NCBI RefSeq assembly: GCF_009834535.1
Contig: NC_045698.1
Location: 12,402,001 to 12,466,000, forward strand
DNA length: 64,000 bases
Origin: Camelus ferus
Taxonomy: Eukaryota
Reading direction: 5' to 3'
Shown in pieces: positions 32,751 to 44,600 of this stretch; the stretch's first letter is position 1, and each line of letters opens with the position of its first letter. The position numbers and the translations under genes are program-made. Below the pieces are notes generated by a model. It worked only from the letters and a program-made list of their open reading frames with translations, made no database searches and had not been told where the DNA came from.

Positions 32751-34183
32751 TACCATAAAAAACAGTAGTGTAGCATGCTCAAATACACAATGGCACTGCA
32801 GGAAGGCTTTCTCTAGAATTTTCTGTGACAACAGGGGCAGAGTCTAAATGCAGCACGAGCTACACTGACCAGCTTCCAGGGAGAGGGCTGCATATCATTT
32901 GGAGAAAACGGGCCTTTGCTTTCAGAGAGTTAACCTAGCCTGAAAATCTAAAATACAATGGACCCATCTCATGTCTTTCATTCATTGTTCCTGTCATGTC
33001 TTGGTAAAGATGAATCACTAACATGCTGTTTTAATTTTATTCCTAGACTCAGTCTCCAGAATCTAAAGGGAACTTTTACCATCTGTGTTTCTAACAGCAA
33101 ATCCACGCAAATCTACATGTTGAGGGGAGGAAGATGAGGAAGTCAGAGTTCTTGCCAAGAAGTCTAACAGGACTCATAACTACATGTTATGACGCCATTC
33201 TGTGTAAAGGCCGCTAGATCTACCACCCTTTGGAGGTGAGGAGGGAAATTCACTCTATCCCACAGCTTTCAGCACTTTTTCACTTCAACATAAGATGTGT
33301 ATTTTCATTTCTGGAACTGCACGTATGATGAAGTCGAATCCCACGTAAGGAAGCAGAGCCCAGCGGTGGGCACTGGGGAGGGGAGGAGGAAGGCACCTCA
33401 GCAGGAGGAAAGGAGGCCGGGGCCTCCTCCTCTGGGAAACTCTGCATCACGGCCAGGAATCCTGGGAATTTTCTCAAGCTGCCTGCCCGCCCTGAGAAAG
33501 CAATTTGACCTTCATGTGGCTGGTCAGTTACGGAGATGAGATTCCAGCCTAGTGACTGCCAACTTGCAAGAGGCGCTGAATGTTTCATTTCAACTTTTTG
33601 TTTCTATATTCCTCCCGTAAAAAAAGTATCATCTGGGGACCTTCATAAACAAACCTTTTAGCATTTTTTCTGAAGTCTGTAAAATAGAAGCAAATTAAAG
33701 CTGTGTCATGTCCTTAAAACTATTACCATCATTTCCTTTTCTAGAGGAAAATATTTACTACTCAGCTTAATATGTTACCATATTCTGAATGCTCAGCATT
33801 CGAAAAATTAATTTGCCATTTGTCTTATAAATGATTTTCAAAACCTGTGTACATTATGGTACGCTTGAATGTGTTACAAGTTTATCTGTATTTCCTGTCA
33901 TTCATTATTTAGAAGAAATAACATCTCCTAAAACAGTCCATGGGATATAAAAAGTCAAGATTCTTGTGACATTAAGTACTGAAATTTTATATTAATTACC
34001 TCAGTAAACTACTTTATATAATTGTGGTTTACAACATCCCTGAGCAGATGAACTGCAACTGACTTATTTATCCCCAGCTCTAATCATATTTCCAGACCTA
34101 GGCAGGCACTTAGCATGTGTTTGATGTCATTGTTCAGGGAATTAATATAAGTCTGAAAGAAACAGCATTGAAGTTCACGGGTT

Positions 34184-34531
34184 TATTATAGACTGAATGT
34201 TTATGTTCATTTCACATGTTGAAAACTTAATTGAAAAATGGGGTGGATTCTTTGGGAGGTGATTAGGTCATGATGGTGGAGCCCCTATGAATGGGGTTAG
34301 TGCCCTTATAAGGGAGAGCCAGAGAATTCTGTCCCCCTTTTGCCAAATGAGGACACAGAGGGAACACGGCCATCTGCGAAGCAGGAGGCAGGTTTTCACC
34401 AGACCCCACATCTGCCAGAGCCTTGGTCTTGGGCTGCTCAGCCTCCAGGACTGTGAGAAGGAAGTTTCTGTTGTTTATAAGCCACTCAATCAATGGTATT
34501 TTGTGCACAGCAGCCCGAACAGACTAAGTCA
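34184..34531 (+). mobile_element. MaLR LTR, MLT1A/MLT1A0-like
   Basis: GACTGAATGTTT...TTTGGGAGGTGATTAGGTCATGA.GGTGGAGCCC...CAGCCTCCAGGACTGTGAGA...GCAGCCCGAACAGACTAAG. Confidence 0.9.
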
Positions 34532-35299
34532 TGTTTTTATACACTGAATGCTATTTAACTTGGACTTATTTTTTAATCTCTTTTTTGACTGTCTCAGAAT
34601 GCATTCAGTGGAATTAAGAAAACACTTAAAAACATCTTACATTTAAAACTAACAGTCCATCAGACTTTATAGTTATTAACCAATCCATGCCATGCCAGCA
34701 GTAATGCCTTTGATTTGCACAGATGCAGGCAGAATGAAGTCTATTTTACTTAGAACTGGAATTTAGCCTCTAATTACCACCATCCATCCTCAAGGCTCAG
34801 CCTGTGTGGACCCCTTCTTGCTTTGGGGGAGGCAGAGATAAACAGGAGCACGTTGAGTGGGGACTGGCCCATCCCTGGGCAGCATACGGCCTTGGGGAGA
34901 TGACACACATCTCCTTTTAGAAGTTTGCTTTCTTCAACTATATGATTTAAAACCACTGAGCCCCAGCTCACATAGTCTTGGAGAATCTCGGGTAAACAAC
35001 TTCACATTCCTTTACCCTCAACCTGACCAACGACTGTGTAATTCTAAATTCCCACGAGGCGGTGGGTTTGACTTTCTTGGACTCTGCCCACGGTCTGGAA
35101 CGAGGTTTCTTTATTTGATAAGTTCTCCGGCTAAAGTTTCAAGGAGACTGGCAATTATTCTCCAGGCAATACTATCTCTTTATCTTAAGAAAAGCTTTTT
35201 GTACCAATTTTTCAATGTTCTGGTTGATCCAAAATATGAGGAGGGGGAGTGTTTGCTGTCAGAGAGTCTTGTCCTTTATTGGTGAAAAATACAAACAAC

Positions 35300-35470
35300 C
35301 TATTCAGATCATGAGAAGGATCATAGAGAGTTTCTGAGCCCAAACCCCTTCCTTTTCTCAGACGGGGAGACGGATGCCCAGAGAGGTTAACTGAAGCCAT
35401 ACCAGGTGCTTGCTGTGCACTTGGGGCGGGAACAGGAGCCTTGGTTGACTGAATGAAACAGGGTTCCTTC
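35300..35470 (-). mobile_element. MIR SINE fragment
   Basis: CCCAAACCCCTT..TTTCTCAGACGGGGAGAC.GATGCCCAGAGAGGTTAA. Confidence 0.65.
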
Positions 35471-38400
35471 AACATCCTTGCCTGGTTATAAAATTGCCCT
35501 TTAAGTCCCTGATTATGTGCAGAGTCTGTGAGCTCGGCTGAGTGTTACTGTTCACAAGTGTATCTTTTTACTTAAGGATTAGAAAGTGTGTACCGACTTA
35601 GCCCAGGTGAGCTTTGATCTCACCCAAGGTCAACGTCGAAAACTGCATCTTTTATGAAAGGGGAACAGGAAAATCCAGGATGAGATTTCACATACATATT
35701 TATTCTTCTGATAAGCGTCACATTTCCTTATGCTGTGACTTTCACTTCCCCTGTTAATGATTTGATTGTGTGTCCCTCTCCAGCACGATTTGGGTTTCCC
35801 TGAAACCAGATAAGTAATGAGTCTCAGCCTGACTCAGTCAGTCATTAGATATCTGACTATAGTCTGTAGTATCAATTTAGTGTTTAACATATCATTCTTT
35901 GTTGGTTACTTCTTTCCCTGAGTTTCACCCCAAAATATAAGCTAAGCTCCTTAAAGGCAACAGGCTTAGCTTAATGTCTTTTACATCATTCATTCTGAAG
36001 AACATTCTTGAAGCTACTTGAAAACCCAAATTGTACACGGTGAGCTGCTTAAAAGTGATCATGGCAAAGCATGAATGTATTGTTTGGGCAAAGATGAATT
36101 TCCACATCAGAATGCGTGGAGCCGGATACTCCTACAGTCCCACGAGTTCAAGTTTCCAAGGGATTTCTGTGCACAGATCAAACCTCTCCAAACATTTTTG
36201 TCATCCCTTTCTTGACTCTTTTTCTCCTAGAACCAGTTGTTTGAATTACCAGGGGCTTAATCGTCTCTTAGTAGGCACTAGTTTGGAAATTTCTAGCTCT
36301 TCCTCTGTTCTTCAAAATGGACATACATATTCTCAAAAGAAATGACCATGAGCTGGCCAGTGTTTTGTGGATGATGTCCCCCCGAACTCCTATATATTTG
36401 CTGACAGATAATGGACATTAACTGGGGTGGGAAACTGCCCTGGGCTTGATTCCATGCCATCTGTATCATATTATCGCTTGGCCACTAAGCCTGTGCCCAG
36501 AGAATATTTTCCCCTTGTGGGTGATACGCCTTTAAGACAGAAAACGCAAAGGCTTAAAGCCACCAGGCAATTCCAGGAGAAGAGTAACTCCTTTGTTGTG
36601 CTTCTGTTGACACCTCTGTTCTCAGGTTAATTACACATTTGGTTAATTGGTTTAATTAGTTAATTGGTTTGCAGAGCCGGCCTCCCTGGTGAGAATGACA
36701 AGACCCAGGGAACTGCCAATTCATGTATAGATATGTCTTGTCTTTGCTTGTGGCCGATAACCAGGGCGAACACACTGCTTACTTTAAAGAGTTTGTTTTG
36801 GGGGAATTTACTTCTTGTTCTCCAAAATGGGTTCCCCTTTTCTTTAGGACATAAGCTGAGTAAATGCCAGTTTCCTGCCAATTCCAGAAAAGTCTGCTCT
36901 TCCTCAGCGAGGAAGGAGGTGGGAATGGCAGGTCCCAGGAGCAGGAGGTGTGGTTGTGGAGAAGATGTGGCTGTTGGTTGGGAGGTGATGAATGTGAGCC
37001 GGAGATTTGGAGGCGTCCTCTCGCCTCGGCAGAGAAGACCAGAAAAAGAAATGGGATTTCAGTGTGTCAATTCTGAAAGCTAACATTGTCTGAATAACCC
37101 ATGCAAATGAATTCTTTCTAGACTGCTAGTGGAACAAAAGGAAACAAAAACATAATTTTTAACCATAGATTAGTCTTACAGCTACAGACTACCTCTCTAA
37201 TCATTTTTAATCCTTTCCATTTTCAATTTGCCTAAAATTGCATTTTTCACAAGATGATGTTATGGATATTGAATAAGTTATTTGCATATCTTGTCTGGCA
37301 TCTTGGGGATCAAAGATTAGAGCAGAAAACTCCGGGTTCCTTTTCCATGATGAATTGCACTCACAGTGGAGAGTTGAGGGCTGGTCTCCCCATGCAGATC
37401 CACTCATGTGGTTCTGAGAGATCTGGAAGGGACGTGGCTAAAGACTTTAAAGTTGGTCTAGATCCCTTTAACTAGAGAATGGAGCGTAATTATCCATTTT
37501 CGGAATGAGGTTGTTTTGTCCCAACCGGCTCTAATTGTTGGGTTTCTCATTTCAGTCCTCAGAATTATAATCTCCTTTGTCAGATTTGCCTAAGAATCTT
37601 CTTTCCTTTCCTCATAATTAGGGAACAATCTTTAATCAAACTTTTCTTTGAACGAGTTTAATGACATCTCATTCCAGCTTTATTGACCAGTGTGGCTAAT
37701 TGATCTTTTTTCTTCCGTAATCTTGCTTGATGTGCTTTAAAGGCAATTTATAGCTCATTTCATTTCATTTCATTATTTCATTTCATTTTCTCTTTATTGC
37801 CAAATAATTCTTTTAAAAATGATAATTACTTAAAAAATCCTAGAGGTCATCTAACAGTATTACTATATGGTTTCTGTTTTTCCTTCTGAATCAGCCTTTC
37901 TATTGCTCCCTACAAATCATACTTTGAGCGACATTTTTCTTCAGATTTGAGGTTTGAAACCCAACCATGAGACCAGCATCCTATAACCAGGGCGGAAGTC
38001 TGTGGCAAAAGTTCTCATGCTTTGCGCTGTGTGTGAAAGTCTTGTTCATACATCCCAATGTCAGAGGCCATTTCCTCTTTTTTTAGGGAGGCTTGGGGAA
38101 GAAAAGCGGGTGGCAACAGTGTCTCACTGATGACTCATGTTCCTGTGTCTGTGAGCCCTGGGTGAATGGCGGGTGGAACTCTCCAGAACAGTATTCTCAG
38201 GGTGGGCAGCCTTCCTTAGTGGGTCTGATTCCTTCTGCTTTTTTTTTTTTTTTTCCTTTCTGCCAAATTCTGGCTAGGTGTTCACCCCAGCATCATACCC
38301 TTAGAAAGGAAACAGGAAATGAGAACAGAACTACTGTAGACCAGACTGGAAGGAACAAAAAAGAAAGAAAGGAAAAAAACCCCAACAAAACAGCAACAAC

Positions 38401-39280
38401 AACAAAAATCCTAGAGGGGAGAAGAGGGTAACTGAAGGCAGAGAAAGAAATGAGATGCATAGAAACAGCACTGAGAAAAAGGAGAAGGGTCCAGCATTGC
38501 ATTAAAGCAGTTACCCTTGTCCTGGTCATACCTGCCTTTGCATTGATGGAAAGGAAATTGTTTGGTGTCCAACTCTCAAATGCTTGAGATTTAGCTCTAT
38601 GGGCCCAGACATGTTTGGCGTGAAAGATGTTTTAATCACCTGCTGACTATTCCTGGCAAAGCCTATCTCAGTCAGCTCTGTGCAGCAGGGTGGGCTGCAC
38701 GTAGGAGGAGGGTGGAGAAGGGAAGGGGCAGGGAGGAGTCCCAGAGAAGGATGAGGTAGTTCTGCTGGGAGTCTCCCCTCTAGGGAAGCCAGCAGCCTGG
38801 TGAGTCAGTGAAGTCCAGCCACGGGTCCAAGTTGATGGGGTTTTAAGGAGAAGGGTCACAGAGAGCAGGAGGTGACAAGGTGATGAGCCCCCTGGGGCCA
38901 CAGGAAAGACAGAGTTACGTGGCTGAGTTTCCTGTTGGCTGCACTATACTTAGCAAAACAGCTAGATGAGCAGGATTCCATGAGAATTAGCCAATATTCC
39001 TGGGCTGTATTTTCACCCTGTAAAATTATCAACTTCAGGTGTAACTGTTGTTAGTTGTAACCTAATCACCTCTCCCGATGAGAAGATTCTTGTTTTCTTG
39101 CCCTTGTCTAATAGTAATGAGAGCTGTCAGTGTCAGCTATAAATTAACATTACATATTTGCCTTGAAGCCACTCAAGTCAGAGATGAGACTGAAACTGAG
39201 ATCACACATGCCCCTGGTTTCCCAATCTGCCAAAGGATGAATGTGGTATTAATCCAAACTGGCTGCCAGGCCACTTTTAC

Positions 39281-39809
39281 TGCAATAGAAAAGAGCAGAT
39301 CTGACTGCGTATTAGATCTGTTCCTTTGGCTTTAACCCTGTGCCCTGCTTTCTAGGCTTAGTCGCGCTGGCTCTGCACCTTTTGTAAAAGAATGTTGCCT
39401 AGAGCCTGAAATACACAGGAGAGCCCATTCTCAAAGCTGTGACCTTTAAGGATGGTAGCACTTTTGCACTTATGTAAAGATAACAAGTTGCAGGAAAGTT
39501 TTGTTAGAGATTTTACAGGGGCACCACGACCTGACCCATGTGGATCCACAGCTGTAAGAATAAAGGATTCCAAGAACAAAGAATTCCTGCACCAAGAAGT
39601 TTGCAACGACCAACCGCACCCCCTCCCCTTTTTAGTATAAAAGAAGCCTGAATTCTGACTTGGGGAACGTGGTTCTCCGGGACATCAGTCTGCCATCTTC
39701 TCAGTCTGCCGGCTTCTCAAATAAAGTCGCTGTTCTCTGCCCCAACACCTCGTCTCCCGATTTACTAGCCTGTCATGCAGCGAACAGAATGAGTTTGGAC
39801 TTGGTAACA
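39281..39809 (+). mobile_element. ERV1 (MER4-group-like) solo LTR
   Basis: TG...CA termini; TATAAAA 39636-39642; AATAAAGTCGCT 39720 onward; U5-like CCCCAACACCTCGTCTC...TTGGACTTGGTAACA. Confidence 0.85.
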
Positions 39810-39911
39810 CTAACACCTTCAGTTTTTCTTAACTTCCAGAGCATGTGCTCAGCCCTCTACTCAGTGTTGGAGATACTCCTTCGACTACTATGTGTGCCCG
39901 CAGTAGAAATC

Positions 39912-40110
39912 ATAGAAGCCAACGCTTACGTGTACTTGCTACACACCAAACACTGTTCTAAGCACCACCTAGCACACATATATTCAGTCATTTCCTCCTC
40001 CAAACTACGAGGAATGTTGTGTTATATTTTCTCATTTTTACAAATAAGGAAACTGAGGCGCAGAAAAGTTAAAGTTGCCCCAGGTCACATGCTATGAGGT
40101 GGCCGAGAAG
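39912..40110 (-). mobile_element. MIR SINE
   Basis: CACTGTTCTAAGCAC...CTCATTTTACAAATAAGGAAACTGAGGCGCAGA..TTGCCCCAGGTCACATGCTA. Confidence 0.85.
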
Positions 40111-40249
40111 GGACACGGGTCAGGGGGATAATGACTAACAAGGAAGATTCCCATCCTGTCTTCAGAATGGTGGCAGTCCCCACGGGCCACCAAACACTGG
40201 TTTGAAGTTGAAATTAAGTGCTGTCATTGCCAGAGCAAATAAAAACACA

Positions 40250-40813
40250 GCAGAGGCAACCAACTAACCATGGAGGCCAGGCAGGGCTGCCCAGAACAAG
40301 TGTTACACGGGATGTGTCTGCAGGCGGAGTTGGGGTGGCTGCAGAGTGTGCAGCGCAAACAGCCTGCTGAGAACTGAGGCTGTCGCAGGTGGAAGGACGA
40401 AAAGAAGCTGAATGTGGCTGAGATGTTAAGAACAAGTTGGGGGAGGGATGGTTTGAGGCAGGAGGCAGCAGCACACTGGGGAAGGCCCTGCAGTCCCATT
40501 CAAGACTGGCTGTTATACCTGTAGTCTGAGGAAGCTGTCACGAGGTGCCGCGTGAGGAGGTGAATGGCTCGTACTTGGCTGTAGTGGGAGAAGTGCATGG
40601 GGTTTAGATTAGAGGCTGAGATCTGAGAAGAGACTCCTTAGTCATGGGGATTCGGACTGGGGCCATGTCCCTGAGAGCGGAGAGAAGATGGATTTGAAAG
40701 CTAAGGAAGAGGCAGGGCTAGATTCTCAGAGACACTCCGTGGTTGACCAGAAGCCAGGGATTCGGGCCTGGGCAACTGGCTCAATGGTGGTGCCGTGTGC
40801 TGAGGGAAAGAAC
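40250..40813 (-). mobile_element. Degenerate L2 fragment
   Basis: Purine-rich with L2 remnants: GAAGCTGAATGTGGCTGAG, GAAGGCCCTG, GGAGAGAAGATGGATTTGA, GCCTGGGCAACTGG..ATGGTGGTGCC. Confidence 0.55.
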
Positions 40814-40959
40814 AGCTCATACACTCTCATTCCCTCCCCAGTCTGTCCCCCGCCCCAGCAGTCCTCTCAGGTCCCATGTGGAACCTGAAAGAGTGGGCTT
40901 TAACCAATGGAGACAGACGACTGGTGGGCTTCTGGAATAGACAGCAGAGCCCTGGAAGG

Positions 40960-41590
40960 CTTGTGTCAGGGTGATGTTGGTGCCCTGCCTGGGCGCACTT
41001 TGTATGGGAGTGCTGCCCCTGCCCCCCGCTGCATAATTGCTTGAGTGGTCACCTGAGTGATCCTCTCCAAAGAAATGCTCTTGAAACTCCAAGACCCCTC
41101 CCCACCAGACACACACGGGCGGCTGGCCAGCGAACCAACAGATAAGGTGATGGGAAGAGCCCGCCTCCTCACTTCCAGGTGGGACCACTCTGTGGTTTGG
41201 GTGATGTGGAAATTAAGTTAAAATGAGGTCGCTAAGATGGGGCCCTAATCCAATCTGACTGGCGTCCTTATAAGACAAGGAGATTGGGACACGCCAGGGA
41301 CACCAGGGATGTGCATGACAGAGGGGTGACCTAGAGGAGAGGCAGGAAGAGGGAGGCCGTCTGCAAGCCAAGGGGTGAGGCCTCAGGAGAAGCCACAGCT
41401 GCCAACGCCTTGATCTTGGACTTCTGGCCTCTGTTGTCTAAGCCGCCCAGTCTGTGCTGCTTTGTTACAGCAGCTCTAGGACACTAATACACTCCCTTAA
41501 CTGTTCTTCCTGATGAGCCTTCCCCCAATAAACCACAAGCACTGGGACACTGGTCTCAGGCTTGGCCCCTCGGGGACGTGACCCAGGACA
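40960..41590 (+). mobile_element. LTR16-like ERVL LTR interrupted by MLT1B
   Basis: AGGTGGGACCACTCTGTGGT before the insert; CTTCCCCCAATAAACCAC..GCAC...TCTCAGGCTT...GACCCAGGACA after it. Confidence 0.55.
41200..41491 (+). mobile_element. MaLR LTR, MLT1B-like
   Basis: AAGTTAAAATGAGGTC...GGGCCCTAATCCAATCTGACTGGCGTCCTTATAAGA...TGCAAGCCAAGG..GAGGCCTCAG...GCAGCTCTAGGACACTAATACA. Confidence 0.88.
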
Positions 41591-43369
41591 CCAAAGCACT
41601 AGGGAAAAAATGTTGGGTTGGATTCCAAATGTGTCAGCCCTTTGTGGATTATTTTATTAACTTGTTAGAGAAGGGCGAATGCCCAGGAAACAGAGAGGCC
41701 GACCAAGGGTTCCCAGGGTCTGTCTGTTCTGGAGCTGGTCCAGGCTATAGAGGAGGAGGGCCCCCAAGTTTCATCTAAGACTGAAGTCTCTCTCTTTTTC
41801 TCAGTTGCTCAGCCTTCAATATCTTAAAAAAGTCTAAGTTCAAAATAATGTACAGGTGAATTAATTTGTTTCCGGTTAAAGCAGAAAGAAATGGTTAAAA
41901 CCAATTTCAGTCTATTAGAACATAGACATCTCTTTAGGTTTCTCAACACCACGTGCTTTCTACTTGTCCTTATGGCCGTGTACATGGGAGAGATGGGAAG
42001 GGTCAGAGCTGGCTGGAAAATGATCTGGGGTCAAATTTGGATTCAGCCAATGTGGGATTTTAAACTCTTTACTCTGCCAGCTTCAGGTTGCTTTTTGTTT
42101 GTCCTTAAAAAAAAAAAAACAAAACCAAATAAACAGGAAAAATGGAGTCCAAAACCTCTCTAAGTCCTTCTCCCTTGAATGGTCTCATTATTCTGATGGT
42201 GAATCCAGGATATTTGGGATGAAGGTATGGTTACAGATTCTTGGGTCATCCCCGTAGGAAAAGTCTCGCCTCCTTCAGCTGCGGGTGTAGTCACAACCCA
42301 CCCCGCCTTCATTGGTGAACATCAACTCTTTTCACCTTTCTGTCCTCAATTCCCCTGGCTGGTCCTGCGTGTCAAATAAACCTCTCCGAACAGACTTGGA
42401 GTCTGGCTTGGCAGCATTTATTGAAAACCCATTATGTCCTGTTTACTTATTCTGCAATCGGAGCCTGGACGTTTCTGATACCCACTAGTGGGAAAGTTCT
42501 GGCCAAAGAGGAGTCGATTGTTCTGGTCCTGTCCTGTCCCATGATATCACACAGCCATCTGTGGAGCACAGCTGAAAGCTTTTGTCCCCCTAGTAGCTAC
42601 GTGGTTAACCCTGAGAGAGAGAGAGAGAAAAAGAGAGAGAAAGGGAGGGAGGGAGAGAGAGTTGGGTGTTGGTTTTATTAGCTTGAGACACTTCATGCCG
42701 TGTTTTTGAGGAACTGTCAAAATCCCCAAAGTACGCCTTCCAGCGTGCAGTTTATTTTCTTAAGCCTCTGCTGACAGGGAACTGACCAAGAGACGGGAGG
42801 TGTCTGAAACATCACAAGAATGAAGTCTTCTTGCTTTTGTCCAGCAGAGCGATTCCCTCACAGGTCCCTACAAGCAGTGCAATCAGCCCGATTCCAAGCG
42901 GCTTGAGGCGTGACTCATGAAAACGTATCCAAATGCGGATTAGATGCTCTCAGTTTTTTGTTTCAATGCACGATGACCACGGTGAAAGCGATTGTAGATT
43001 TTTGAAAAGCAGAGACTTGCCAGAGACCAGTAATTCCTAAGGCGTGAACTCCCATGCCCCATCTGCCTCATGCATTTTTGTGTTGTCACAGTATCTAACC
43101 GTGCTTGGCACATTGGGCCATGAATGAAGAACGTGATGGGTAACAAACGTGGCCCTGAGGCTCGAATCCTGGTTCATGCTTCAGCTGGTGGAGCAATATT
43201 AATCCTGCCTCTTGCAACTGGCCGCGGGTTAAGTGAGACACGAAACCAGCTCCTCAACCAGCCCCGGGTGAAGCCAGGGCTCCGCAGCCCCGGTTCATTT
43301 CTTTATTATACCTACCGCCTTCACAAAGGATCCCATACGTTCCGCAGGGGGCATTTATTGTTTGTCGCA

Positions 43370-43466
43370 CCAACTCTGTGCATCTTATTTGTAAACGATC
43401 CCACTGCCTAGAGTCTCAGGCACACATAGCTGGACAAGAATAAATTTCTGTTGAGGGAATGAATGT
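43370..43466 (+). mobile_element. L2 3' terminus
   Basis: TCTTATTT..ATCCCACTGCCTAGA...GGCACACATAG...AATAAATTTCTGTTGA..GAATGAATG. Confidence 0.65.
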
Positions 43467-43734
43467 ATAAATGAACGTGTGAACACAGAAGATGTACAGA
43501 TATCACCGAGTTGATATATATTGAGAAAGTCATCCGTGCACGGTATGGTGAGACTCTGTAAAAGAACCAGATTCTGTTTTTAAGAATGTATAACCTTCCT
43601 GGAAGTAAGAACCAAACCCCGACATCCCCTCCGGCCTTCACTCTCCCATCTCACGGACTTGCATCCCTCAGTCCACGGTCAGCAGGCCCTGCCAGCTACC
43701 TCCTGGAGTGAAAATGGATTCACACGTACGATTC

Positions 43735-43972
43735 AGCATGTATGCAGTTCTAACAAATGATACAACAAATCCATGGTGACCTAACAGTGGTTGCTTTCTT
43801 GGGTAAGGAGGGGTTGGATTTGACTAGAAAGGGGCACGAGGGAACTTGCTGGGGTGTTGAAAAGTTTTTAGAACTTGATCAGAGTGGTGGTTTACATGCA
43901 TGTATGCGACTGTCAAATCCCACTGAAATACAGATGTGTGCATTTCATGATATTTAAATTATGCCTCAATTC
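43735..43972 (+). mobile_element. L1ME-like 3' end
   Basis: AGTGGTTGC..TTGGG...TTGACTAGAAAGGGGCACGAGGGAACTT.CTGGGGTG...CTTGATC...TGTGCATTTCA...AAATTATGCCTCAAT. Confidence 0.85.
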
Positions 43973-44259
43973 ATTAATGAGTGGACAATGTTTGAGATGA
44001 GATATTTCAACAATGATTTCTATCCAAGCACACGTGCTCCCTGTTAGCTCTTAGTTTGCCCCTCACCAGATCTCGTGTCCTGTGGTCTCCCCTCCCCTCC
44101 AGCACTGACATGGGGACATGGGGCAGGTGAGTGCATGGGTGGGGGGTCAGTTCTTAGGAACTGTTGAAACATCTTCAGTTGGTTTGTATTACCAAAGTGG
44201 GCAGAATAGATGTTATTTATTCAAAGAGGTGGTAGTTTGCACCTTGCCTGAAGTTAAGG

Positions 44260-44600
44260 ACCTTAATCTTTCAAGAAACTGAGACCCAGATGAATCAAGC
44301 AATTTTCCCTAAAGTCATACAATCAACCAGTTCAGAACTGGGTTTGAAACTCAGACTAAGTCACTCACCCCACATCCAGTTTTCTTTCCATCATAGTGTG
44401 TGGAGCAGAAAAATCTTTTCCTTAGTCCAACCTATGCTCCTGTCCTTGATCTCTTGTGTTATTATCTGTATGAATTCAAAATGGTTCACTTACTATCTCC
44501 GGGCCTCGGTTTCCACATCTATAAAATGGAGACACAGGACTTATCTGTGCTTAGGACTAAAACAATGTCTATCAACACGAGGTGCTTAGTAACTGCCAGC
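44260..44600. mobile_element. Two MIR fragments in opposite orientation
   Basis: Minus: AAGAAACTGAGACCCAGA...CCTAAAGTCATACA...CTGGGTTTGAAACTCAG. Plus: TCTCCGGGCCTCGGTTTCCACATCTATAAAATGG. Confidence 0.7.
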
